NCBI GenBank assembly: GCA_963740635.1
Contig: CAVUEQ010000003.1
Span: 97,350-161,349, forward strand
DNA: 64,000 bases
DNA from: an uncultured bacterium
GTDB lineage: Bacteria; Patescibacteriota; Saccharimonadia; UBA4664
Reading direction: 5' to 3'
Below, in pieces: positions 28,089 through 36,642 of this stretch. The notes below the pieces were generated by a model. That model saw only the letters and a list, made by a program, of their open reading frames with translations, made no database searches and was not told the DNA's origin. Both the position numbers and the translations under genes were made by a program. How positions within the stretch are numbered: the first letter of the stretch is position 1; the number at the start of each line of letters is the position of its first letter.

Positions 28089-28972
28089 GGTTCTCTAAAC
28101 TAAAGCGGAACAAGTTCTACACTTAAGTTACGGCAATAACTTAAAGCAAGGAGACTTGTTCCAATGTATACCTTAATAAATCTGCCCCGGGATAACCAGG
28201 AGTGTGTCGAGCTGGTGGTCCGGGAAATATATCCCAATGGCCTGGTTTGCCCTTGGCAAAGCCACAAGACAATACTTGTACGGGAGAAATACCTGTGGTG
28301 CGGTACCTGCCGCCGGAAATGGAGCCTCAAGCGCAACCTGGGATTCGGGTTCTCGAAGCTGTCCTGGGTCAAGATCCTGGCCCTCGTCATCTGTTGGCAG
28401 GGCAAGCACTCTCCAGGCGACATTGTGGTGGCGACCGGCCTCAGCTACCCGACGGTGCAGCGGTGGCTGGAACGGCTCCGGTCCCGGTTGCCCCGCAGTG
28501 AGGGCGACCCATTGGCTGGCCTCCTGGAGATTGACGAGTCCTTCCTGGGTCACCAGAAATATGGCAACCAAGCTATTGTCATGGGGGTGGTCGACCGGGA
28601 AACAAACAAAGTGCGACTAGAGGTCATTCCGGATGTAGCCCAAGATACCGTTGAGGGCTTCCTTGACCGTCACGCTGAGGTCGGCAGCCTCATTCATGCT
28701 GACGCCCACGCTTCCCATCTGGGGCTCGAGGACGTCGGCTACGGACTCGTCGTCTGCAACCATGACCGGGGGCACTTCGGGCCAACCAACCGGGCCGAGA
28801 ATGTCTGGAGCTGCCTGGACCGGTTTGTCATCCGAACCCGCGACCGCTTCTTGAAGCGCTTCTTGTCCGGCATACTGCAGGAGTTTCAGGCACGGAGGAG
28901 CCACCCTGAACTATTTCGAGACCCATTCACATTACTTAAGAGTATGGCTGTTCCGGTTTAGTGGACAGAACC
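28089..28972 (+). mobile_element. complete IS1595-family insertion sequence (884 bp)
   Basis: Terminal inverted repeats GGTTCTCTAAACTAAAGCGGAACA / GGTTCTGTCCACTAAACCGGAACA (20/24 match). Flanked by the direct repeat GGTGCAGTT (28080-28088 and 28973-28981). Single transposase ORF. Confidence 0.85.
28164..28961 (+). CDS. IS1595 family transposase (zinc-ribbon + ISXO2-like DDE domain)
   Basis: 265 aa. N-terminal C..W..H...CG.C Zn-ribbon-like segment, then ..LEIDESFLG....G.......GVVDRETNKV.. typical of the ISXO2-like DDE domain. Confidence 0.8.
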   Translation: MYTLINLPRDNQECVELVVREIYPNGLVCPWQSHKTILVREKYLWCGTCRRKWSLKRNLGFGFSKLSWVKILALVICWQGKHSPGDIVVATGLSYPTVQRWLERLRSRLPRSEGDPLAGLLEIDESFLGHQKYGNQAIVMGVVDRETNKVRLEVIPDVAQDTVEGFLDRHAEVGSLIHADAHASHLGLEDVGYGLVVCNHDRGHFGPTNRAENVWSCLDRFVIRTRDRFLKRFLSGILQEFQARRSHPELFRDPFTLLKSMAVPV

Positions 28973-29067
28973 GGTGCAGTTATGGCTTGACAAAGGCGGG
29001 GAGGAGGTGTATGCTTGCGAATTCGTTTTTAAGACCGCGTTTGTGGCGGTGAGAAAGAGGAGGACGC

Positions 29068-29850
29068 GTGAACCTCAGATCCATGTCCAAATACGTAATT
29101 ATTGTTATGATGGCGGCGGCAATGGCCGGCTTGAGCTTTGGCCAGGCGATGGCTGCGGCCACCGGTAGCCTAACGCTGGCGACCACCACTCCCGTGGTGC
29201 ACATGGGCGAGACAATCAGCGTGGAGGTGCGCGAAGACAGCGGCAGCACGCTCGTGAACGCGGTGCAGGCCAAGGTGGGATACCCGGCCTCCAAGCTGGC
29301 GGTGACCAAGATTGACACCAGCGGCAGCGCCTTCGACATTAAGGCTGATGAGCGCGACGGCGGCGGCACGGTTTATATTGCCCGCGGCAAAAGCGGCGCC
29401 ACGCTGAGCGGCAGCCAGCTGGTGGCTGTAATCACGTTTACTACCAAGGGGTCCGGCTGGTCGGCGCTGAGCTTTCGCAGCGGCACAGCCGTAGTGGGAG
29501 CCACGGATAACAAGGCGGTGGAGGCCGACTTTGGCAGTTTGACCGTCGACGCTGATACGCTTTGCACCAACCCGTCGCCGGCGGCTACGAGCCCGAGTCC
29601 GAGCCCCAGCCCTGCGGACACTCCGGCGCCCACGACCACCCCGAAGCCGGCCTCAACCCCCTCGCCGACCTCGGCCGGTGCGGTGAAGGGCAGCTCCACG
29701 GGCACCGGGTCGGCCACGCCGGCCACCCTGCCGGTAACCGGCGCCGGGACGCTCGGCGGCGTGGTGGGCTTCGGCTCGATCGCGTACGCGGGCCGCGCCT
29801 GGGCGCGCAGCCGCAAAGGCCTCAAGACGGCCATGCGCACCCCGCGCTAA
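29068..29850 (+). CDS. cohesin-like domain protein with LPVTG sortase cell-wall anchor
   Basis: Signal peptide and a cohesin-like beta domain (..GETISVEVRED....VNAVQAKVGYPASKL..), then a Pro/Ser/Thr linker. LPVTG + hydrophobic segment + RSRK tail. Alternative ATG at 29083. Confidence 0.65.
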   Translation: MNLRSMSKYVIIVMMAAAMAGLSFGQAMAAATGSLTLATTTPVVHMGETISVEVREDSGSTLVNAVQAKVGYPASKLAVTKIDTSGSAFDIKADERDGGGTVYIARGKSGATLSGSQLVAVITFTTKGSGWSALSFRSGTAVVGATDNKAVEADFGSLTVDADTLCTNPSPAATSPSPSPSPADTPAPTTTPKPASTPSPTSAGAVKGSSTGTGSATPATLPVTGAGTLGGVVGFGSIAYAGRAWARSRKGLKTAMRTPR

Positions 29851-31229
29851 GTGGCGGGCGGAGGCTGCGCCGCGGCCGGTTTGGGCGGAGTCGGCGGCGA
29901 CTTGAGCGCCACCGGCAGGGTTACGATGAACTGTGAGCCTTTGCCCTTTTCGCTTTCGACCAAAATCGAGCCGCCCATGTGCTCAATGTATTGCTTAATT
30001 ATCCATAGTCCCAAGCCGGTGCCCGCGATGTCGCGGGTATCGGCGTTTTTGGCTCGGTAAAAGCGCGCGAACAGGTGCGAGACTTCGTCGGGGGTGAGGC
30101 CGATGCCGGTGTCGGCGACGGTGGTGGCCAGCACGCCCGGCGCGGTGTCGTGGCGGATGGTGACGGTGCCGGCGCGGGAGTATTTGATGGCGTTGTCGAT
30201 GAGGTTGGTGAAGATTTCGCTGACGCGGTCGGGATCGGCCAGTACAGGCGGGAGGTCAGCGGGGGGCTGGTAAACCAGCGCCAGGCCCTTGTCCTTGGCC
30301 TTCACCTGGAAGGTGTTCATCATGGGGCCGATGGTGCCGGGCAAGTTCACGGGTGCAAGATTGTATTTGGTTCTCCCCTGCTCCAGCCGCGAGACGTCGA
30401 GCAGGTCCGTGACGAGGCGGGTGAGCCGGTTGGTCTGGTCGAAGCCGATGGTGAGCATATCTCGCACGCCCGGCTCGAGTTTTTCTTCGAGCGCCATTGA
30501 GATGTAACCCTTGATGACGCTCATGGGCGCCTTGAGTTCGTGGGTGGCGATGGATATGAAATCATCTTTCATTTGGGCAAGCTCTTTTTGCTGGCGGAAG
30601 AGTTCCGCGTATTGGACGAAGCGGAAATGGTTGAGCAATAGCAGAATTATGACCACGATCATCACACTCAGGCCAATGAAGGAATTGCGCAGAGTGGCAC
30701 TCATGAGTTGGTCGGAGCTGGCCAGCGAGACCCGCATCACGGCGACGGCGACCGGGCCGCTGGGGCCGATGAGGGGCGTGGCCACCAGCCACTCGCGGTC
30801 GCCGCCCTCGCCCGCCGCGATGAGGCTGGCCACGGCTTGGGATTTGGACCAGGCGAGTTGGGTCTGGATGGTGGAATCGAGGGCTCCGGCCTTCGACGGA
30901 TCGGAGCTGGCGAGGGTGCGGAAGCCGCTGCTGCTGGGCGTGGAGACGCCGAGAGCATCGATTTCGGGGGCTTGGGCGCGGGTCTGGTCAATTAATTGTT
31001 GGAGTTGGGCGGCGACGCGGTCGGACGAGTTGCTATTCATGATGTTGACCACTGATACGCCGAAGACTTCATTGGCTAGGTTGGCTTTGCGGCGTAATTC
31101 CTGATCGAAATCGTCTTTGACCTGCGTGGTCAGCCAGATGGTGCCGGCCACCACGAGGGCGGGGATGAGAATGACCAGAAAGATCGAGTAGGCGAGCTCG
31201 ACACGCTGCCGGTTAAACTTGAGCGTCAT
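29847..31229 (-). CDS. sensor histidine kinase (HisKA + HATPase_c), no cognate response regulator in the window
   Basis: Two TM helices flank a periplasmic domain. H-box ..FISIATHELKAPMSVIKGY.., N/G boxes ..NLIDNAIKYS.. and ..DTGIGL....GTGLGL. Confidence 0.88.
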   Translation of the reverse strand: MTLKFNRQRVELAYSIFLVILIPALVVAGTIWLTTQVKDDFDQELRRKANLANEVFGVSVVNIMNSNSSDRVAAQLQQLIDQTRAQAPEIDALGVSTPSSSGFRTLASSDPSKAGALDSTIQTQLAWSKSQAVASLIAAGEGGDREWLVATPLIGPSGPVAVAVMRVSLASSDQLMSATLRNSFIGLSVMIVVIILLLLNHFRFVQYAELFRQQKELAQMKDDFISIATHELKAPMSVIKGYISMALEEKLEPGVRDMLTIGFDQTNRLTRLVTDLLDVSRLEQGRTKYNLAPVNLPGTIGPMMNTFQVKAKDKGLALVYQPPADLPPVLADPDRVSEIFTNLIDNAIKYSRAGTVTIRHDTAPGVLATTVADTGIGLTPDEVSHLFARFYRAKNADTRDIAGTGLGLWIIKQYIEHMGGSILVESEKGKGSQFIVTLPVALKSPPTPPKPAAAQPPPAT

Positions 31230-32985
31230 GGCCTGGTTGGCCGGCCGGCGGGGCAGGTGCGGGCGGCGGGTTCTGCGGGGCCGGGGCCGGTGTCGCGGGG
31301 GTTGCCGGGGCCGGGGCCGGTGCGGCGGGCGTGGGGCCGGCAGGTGCGGGCGGCGAGGCCGGGGCAGGTGCGGCGGGCTGGGGTGCGGGCGGAGCCGGCG
31401 CTGTGGGCTGAATCACGGGGGCGGGCGCCGTGGGGACGGCGGCCTGAGGGGCGCCCCCGGGGGGCGGTGTGCCGGCTACGGCGGCCGGACGACGGCGGCG
31501 GCGCAGAATCGTAAACAGCACGCCCAGCGCCGCCAGCACCAAAACGCCGGCCGCGGCCGCAAAGCCGATTTGGGCCGTGGACCAGCTGCGCTCCACCACC
31601 AGGCTGCCGTCTTGACCGCCCGAGGCGGCGGCCACGGTAATCGGCACGGCCGAGGTGCGCACAAAGTTGCCGGCATCCTTCTCGGCCACGGCATATACCT
31701 CGTGCTTGCCGGCCTTGAGCGGGGTTTCGAGCACATACTTCCACGTCCCGCTGCTATCGGTTTGGGCGCGCAATACTAACGGATCGGAGAAGAAATAGAG
31801 GAAGACGCTGGAGTTTGGCGCGCCGGTGCCGGTAAGCAGCAACCCGTTGATCTTTTTGCCGCCGCTGGTGACGGTATGGTTCTTGACGCTGGCGAGCGAC
31901 ACGAGGTCGGCGGTCGAAGGCAGTTCGGTGAGGTGGGCCGGTGCGACCGGGGCCAGAACGGCCGGTATCGGATTGGGGCCCACGAAGCAGCTTTGGGCCA
32001 GTTTGCGCTCGGCCGCGGTGGGCTGGCTTTTGCCTCCCGAAATTTCGGCAAACCGCGACTTGCCCACCGCCTTTTCGAGGCAGCTAAGCGTGGGGAGACT
32101 CACGATGGGGTCGGAGTTGGTCGGGGCGGCGGGCCGGAAGATGGTCGGCATGGCGGCCAGGCGGTTGGCGTCTTCGGTGCTCAGGGGCGCGGGTGTGGGG
32201 CTGAGCAGGGAGCCGTCTGATGAGGTTGTGGCTGCGGGCGTGGGGCGAGGGCTGGAGGTGCCGGAACCGGATCCGGAGGCCGAGGTAGCGATTTTGATCT
32301 GGGCAATCCCGTGCGCCGCCAGCCCGTTATAACCTACGTCGGCGAAAAGCTGACCCGAGGTCAGGGCGGTACCGGCCATAAACAAGGTGTTTGGCGTATT
32401 GGGCGGGTTGGCGACGCCAAGGGTGGAATGCCAGTTAACACCTTGCGGGCTGACGTGCGATTGGCGGCCGTATTGGTCGGTGTAAAGCGTGTCGACCGAG
32501 AAAGAGCCGGTTGAGCCCGGCGCGCCTTGCCAGGTATTGGGCGAAACGGTGGCCTGCAATGTTGGTGCTTGGGTGGCCAGGTTATTAATGTCGATAGGAA
32601 CGGCCTGGCTCGCGCAATCGAGACTGGTGGCGGTGCCAAAGTGGGCAATGGCGGCCACGGGGTATCCGCCGTTGGGCTGGTTGCGCGTATCCCATTTAAG
32701 GACCCAGGTAGAGCCGGACTGAGACGCTTCGCCGATCACCTGCTGGACTGGCTGCAGGAGCATGAATGTGAGCCCGCTAGCGGTCGTGGGCGTGGATTGG
32801 GCCTGGAGTGTAACAACCCCAGATACGGTCCCGGTGGTACTTTTTGGCCAGGTAACGACAACGCTCGAGCCGGTGGCGCAGGCGGCCTGGGCCGAGGGCG
32901 GGCTGACGGTGAGTAGGGCCAGCGAGCTCAGCACCACGGCGCCCAGCATCAATGAAACAACCAGGTGATGGGCACGCAGGGTCAT
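31213..32985 (-). CDS. large secreted/surface protein with Ig-like regions, C-terminal TM and Pro/Ala-rich tail
   Basis: Start chosen at the ATG 32985, which has GGAGGA 9 nt upstream (track ORF extends to 33039). Signal peptide ..PPSAQA. The 3' end overlaps the kinase start by 17 nt. Confidence 0.55.
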   Translation of the reverse strand: MTLRAHHLVVSLMLGAVVLSSLALLTVSPPSAQAACATGSSVVVTWPKSTTGTVSGVVTLQAQSTPTTASGLTFMLLQPVQQVIGEASQSGSTWVLKWDTRNQPNGGYPVAAIAHFGTATSLDCASQAVPIDINNLATQAPTLQATVSPNTWQGAPGSTGSFSVDTLYTDQYGRQSHVSPQGVNWHSTLGVANPPNTPNTLFMAGTALTSGQLFADVGYNGLAAHGIAQIKIATSASGSGSGTSSPRPTPAATTSSDGSLLSPTPAPLSTEDANRLAAMPTIFRPAAPTNSDPIVSLPTLSCLEKAVGKSRFAEISGGKSQPTAAERKLAQSCFVGPNPIPAVLAPVAPAHLTELPSTADLVSLASVKNHTVTSGGKKINGLLLTGTGAPNSSVFLYFFSDPLVLRAQTDSSGTWKYVLETPLKAGKHEVYAVAEKDAGNFVRTSAVPITVAAASGGQDGSLVVERSWSTAQIGFAAAAGVLVLAALGVLFTILRRRRRPAAVAGTPPPGGAPQAAVPTAPAPVIQPTAPAPPAPQPAAPAPASPPAPAGPTPAAPAPAPATPATPAPAPQNPPPAPAPPAGQPGHDAQV

Positions 32986-33081
32986 GGGACGGCTTCCTCC
33001 AAGTACCTTAACAATGGCCAATTTAGGCCCGAAAGTCAATAAGCGTAAGCGGATTTCTATGGTGGAGTTAGGTTGCGGGGC

Positions 33082-34518
33082 TTAAGCGTAATTATCGGTC
33101 CAGTCGTTTTGCATCAGGACGACGTCGCCGGCGGCCACGAAATGCGTGAGGTTGGCATAGAAATGCTCGGGGTCGTCGACGATTTTGAGCTCGCCGGAGA
33201 AGCCGGCCGCGGTGAGCCCCTCCTGGATGTAGGCTGTGACGGAATTATTCATCAGCACCACCACGTCGGCGGCGGCGGCGACGTGGCGGCCAATGTCGCG
33301 GTGGACAGCGGCGGTGCGGCTCCCCAGCTCCACCAGCCCGGGCGTCACGTAGATGCGGCGGGCGGCGGGCACCTCCGCGAGCCACGCCAGGCCGGCGCGT
33401 ACGCCGTCAACATTGCCGTTGTAGGTGTCATCGATGACCCAGGCTCCGCCAAGCTCGCGCGGCTGCAGGCGGTGGTCGTAGGGCCGGGTGCGGGCGATGC
33501 CGGCGGTGATCTGGGCCGGAGTGAGGCCGAGTCCGCCGGCGATGTCGATGGCGGCCACGAGCGGCCCGATCTGTTGGCGGCCGAGCAAGGCGGTGGTGGC
33601 ATGGATGGCGGTTCGGCCCTTGCGGGCGGTGAAGGCGGTGGAGTTGGCGTTGACCTGGGCGTGGGTGACCTTCCAGCCGTTGACGCCTCCGGACGTGTAC
33701 ACCAGCGGGTCGCCGGTGTGCGCCCGGGCCCGCACCTGCTGATTGTCGCCGTTTTTGTAGACCGGGCCGGTCTTCAAATAATCGGCAAGCTCGAAAATGG
33801 CCGCTGTGGTGCGTTCGAGAGTTTTGAATTTGCTGAGGTGGGCCTCGTTGACGCCGGTAATGACGCCTAATTGCGGCCGCACCAGCTCGCAAAGCCCGGC
33901 GATATCGCCGGGGTAATATTCGCCCAGTTCAAATATGAGGACGTCTTCGTCGCCGCGGAGATCTTGGGCAAACCGGCTGATGCCCAGCGGCGTGTTCATG
34001 TTGCCGGGGGTAGCGGCCACGCGTTTGCCCTCAGCCAGGATGGCGGCCAGGTTTTCCTTGAAGGTGGTCTTGCCGTAACTGCCGGCGATGGCAATGCGGT
34101 AACCGGGATGCGCGCGCAGGATTTGGGCGGAGTGGGCGACGGTGCGGCGCGTGCGCGGTTTTTGGATGAGCTGCTCGCCGGCATACAGCGGCAGGGCGAG
34201 GCCGGCGAGGAGGAACAGAGGCGCGGCGGAGAGCAGAAACGCCGCCATCAACCACCAGACCGGCTGGCCGAGGGCAGTGAGAACGGCGCCCAGAAACGCT
34301 GCGATAATAACCGCCAGGATTAACCACCCGGTCATGAGTAGCAGGCGGGCCTTGGGGGTGGGGACGAGGCGGCCGCGACGGGCCACATGCCGCAGATCGC
34401 CGGCCCGGGCAAACCAGGCAAAGTATTCGGACAGATCATATTCGCTCGATTGCAACATGTATACGAGCGAGCCCACGAAACGAGGATCGTAGCATGTGAG
34501 GTAGGCGCGCAGGGTCAT
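33082..34518 (-). CDS. murF: UDP-N-acetylmuramoyl-tripeptide--D-alanyl-D-alanine ligase (MurF) with N-terminal membrane extension
   Basis: Mur ligase P-loop ..IAIAGSYGKTT.KE.. together with the central and C-terminal Mur ligase domains. Sits beside ddl. Confidence 0.8.
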   Translation of the reverse strand: MTLRAYLTCYDPRFVGSLVYMLQSSEYDLSEYFAWFARAGDLRHVARRGRLVPTPKARLLLMTGWLILAVIIAAFLGAVLTALGQPVWWLMAAFLLSAAPLFLLAGLALPLYAGEQLIQKPRTRRTVAHSAQILRAHPGYRIAIAGSYGKTTFKENLAAILAEGKRVAATPGNMNTPLGISRFAQDLRGDEDVLIFELGEYYPGDIAGLCELVRPQLGVITGVNEAHLSKFKTLERTTAAIFELADYLKTGPVYKNGDNQQVRARAHTGDPLVYTSGGVNGWKVTHAQVNANSTAFTARKGRTAIHATTALLGRQQIGPLVAAIDIAGGLGLTPAQITAGIARTRPYDHRLQPRELGGAWVIDDTYNGNVDGVRAGLAWLAEVPAARRIYVTPGLVELGSRTAAVHRDIGRHVAAAADVVVLMNNSVTAYIQEGLTAAGFSGELKIVDDPEHFYANLTHFVAAGDVVLMQNDWTDNYA

Positions 34519-35285
34519 TTGAGGAACTCCTCCACGTAACGGGCCGTGACATCAGGAGCGTCGAGGTACACGAAATGGCCGGCGCCGGGCACTACTTCGA
34601 GCTTGGAGTGCGGGATTTTGGCAGCCAGGAGCCGGCCGTCGGCGAGGGGGGTGTCCTGGTCGTATTGCCCCCAGATCAGGAGGGTGGGGACTGTGATGGC
34701 GGCGGCTGCGGATTGCAAATCCTCGTTGATGACGCGGACGAAAATCTGGCGCATGGGGCCGGCATCCAGGTAATCCGCGCTGCCGGCAGCGGTGTAGAGG
34801 CGGCGGCGCAGAGCGGTGCGGAGGCGAGCGAGCCCGGGTAGCGCGGTAACGGCCTGGCCGGCTTTGGCCGCCAGCTTAAAGGCCTGGTTGCGGGCCGACG
34901 CAGCGTGTTTGACGCCGGCCGAGTCCAGGAGCACCAGGCGGCGCGGTTTCAGCAGCCCGCCGGCAACGGCCTTGATGGCTACGCGCCCGCCGAACGAGTG
35001 GCCGATTACAGCCGCGAGGTCTGGAGTCAGGCCGGCTTTGGCCGCAAAGCCGGCCACGACGCGGGCGAAATCCTGGAGCTGCCAGCCGGCGGGCGGGATT
35101 TGGCTGCCGCCGTGGCCGGGCAGGTCGAGGGCAACGGCTCGGAAGCCGGCGGCAGCGAGCGCTGCGGCCAGTCCGTCGAAGCTGGCGGCGGTGGCGCCCC
35201 AGCCATGTAGCAGGAGGACGGCCGGCGCATCAGGCTCGCCGGCCTCGTGGTAGTTCAGCAAAATACCGTCGACGACGAGATTCAT
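34515..35285 (-). CDS. alpha/beta hydrolase fold protein
   Basis: 256 aa. ..VLLLHGWG.. and the nucleophile elbow ..IGHSFGG. Confidence 0.75.
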   Translation of the reverse strand: MNLVVDGILLNYHEAGEPDAPAVLLLHGWGATAASFDGLAAALAAAGFRAVALDLPGHGGSQIPPAGWQLQDFARVVAGFAAKAGLTPDLAAVIGHSFGGRVAIKAVAGGLLKPRRLVLLDSAGVKHAASARNQAFKLAAKAGQAVTALPGLARLRTALRRRLYTAAGSADYLDAGPMRQIFVRVINEDLQSAAAAITVPTLLIWGQYDQDTPLADGRLLAAKIPHSKLEVVPGAGHFVYLDAPDVTARYVEEFLK

Positions 35286-35306
35286 TAAATTAAGTGTACT
35301 CTAGCC

Positions 35307-36476
35307 CTAGAACTGCTTCAGGAAATTAGTGGTGAAGGTGGTCTGCAGGCGGGAGCGGGCCGCGTGGCGCTCAAAGCCGAGCCGCACGAGCTCGGCGACC
35401 AGGTCAACACCGGACAGGCCCTTAAGCTTCCAGTTGTGCGCGTAAAGGCTGCCGGGTAAGGGATTGACCTCGTTGAAAAAGACTTTTTCGGCCTTGGTGT
35501 CTATGAGCAGGTCGACGCGGGAGATGCCGGTGCAGCCCAGCACTTGGTAAACCTGGAGCGCGAGCTGCTCGGCCTCGTCGTAGAGCTTTTGCGGGAGATT
35601 GGCCGGGATTTGGCTGTATCCCTGGGCGCCCTTCTTGGCGCCGGCCTCAGTGCCGCCGAGCTTTTTGCCGCCGGACAGGTATTTGGTGTCGAAATCGAAG
35701 AAATCGTCGGGTTTCACGAGGGGCTGCTCGAGGAAGGCCGCGCGGGGTTTGTCATTTCCAATGATGGGCACGGTAACCTCCACGAGGTTGTCCACGGCCT
35801 GCTCCACGACGATTTTGTCATCGAAGTGGGCCGCGACTTCCAGGGCGTTCATGAGCTGGGCTTTGTCGGTGACGCGGGTGATGCCGATGCTACTACCGAG
35901 CAGGGCCGGCTTCACGAACAGCGGGTACTTGAGCGAGCCGATGCGCTTGAGCACGGCCCGCGGGTCCTCGGCCAACTCGCGGGCGTAAAACCAAACCCAC
36001 GGCGTACTGGCAATGCCCTCGCCGCGCGTGACCTGCTTGGCCAGCACCTTGTCCATGGCAACCGCCGCGGCCGCCACCCCGCAGCCCACGTAGGCCACGC
36101 CGGCCATGTCGAGCAGGCCCATGAGCGCGCCGTCTTCGCCGTAGGTGCCGTGCATGGCCGGGAACACGATGTCGATGGGGCGGTACATTTTGCGCCCGGC
36201 GAATTGGCTGGATTTTACGAGCGTGAGGCTATCGTCGAACAGCAGGTGAACTTTGGGCGCCTTGCGCAAGAATTCCTCGAGGCCGTCGCCCTGGTAGAGG
36301 CCAATGTTTCCCAGCTTGTCGTCCCAATACCAGGAACCGTCTTTGGCGATATAGACGGGTTCGACCTGGTATTCGCCCGTAAGTTCGAGCGGCTTAATGA
36401 CGGCTGACAGGGCGGTGATGATGGAGACGTCGTGCTCGGCCGATCGGCCACCAAAGATTACGGCTACGGTTTTCAT
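35307..36476 (-). CDS. ddl: D-alanine--D-alanine ligase
   Basis: MKTVAVIFGGRSAEHDVS.. N-terminus and ATP-grasp motifs. The track ORF was trimmed from 36506, because the extension runs through an AT-rich palindrome. Confidence 0.9.
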   Translation of the reverse strand: MKTVAVIFGGRSAEHDVSIITALSAVIKPLELTGEYQVEPVYIAKDGSWYWDDKLGNIGLYQGDGLEEFLRKAPKVHLLFDDSLTLVKSSQFAGRKMYRPIDIVFPAMHGTYGEDGALMGLLDMAGVAYVGCGVAAAAVAMDKVLAKQVTRGEGIASTPWVWFYARELAEDPRAVLKRIGSLKYPLFVKPALLGSSIGITRVTDKAQLMNALEVAAHFDDKIVVEQAVDNLVEVTVPIIGNDKPRAAFLEQPLVKPDDFFDFDTKYLSGGKKLGGTEAGAKKGAQGYSQIPANLPQKLYDEAEQLALQVYQVLGCTGISRVDLLIDTKAEKVFFNEVNPLPGSLYAHNWKLKGLSGVDLVAELVRLGFERHAARSRLQTTFTTNFLKQF

Positions 36477-36529
36477 GCGCGGAGCATAGCACTTATTACA
36501 ATTCATTGCAATTAATTGTAATAAGAATT

Positions 36530-36570
36530 ACCAACCCAAAAAATCAACCCCGCACCATGATGGTGCGGGG
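36530..36570 (-). terminator. intrinsic terminator of the DGQHR gene
   Basis: CCCCGCACCA-tga-TGGTGCGGGG (36548-36570) is followed on the minus strand by TTGATTTTTTGGG. Confidence 0.7.
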
Positions 36571-36642
36571 ACGCCGAAGTTTTCGACGATTTTGCGCCAA
36601 AGACGCTTGTGCTAGCGGCGCTAGACTTGGGGACCTCCGAGG

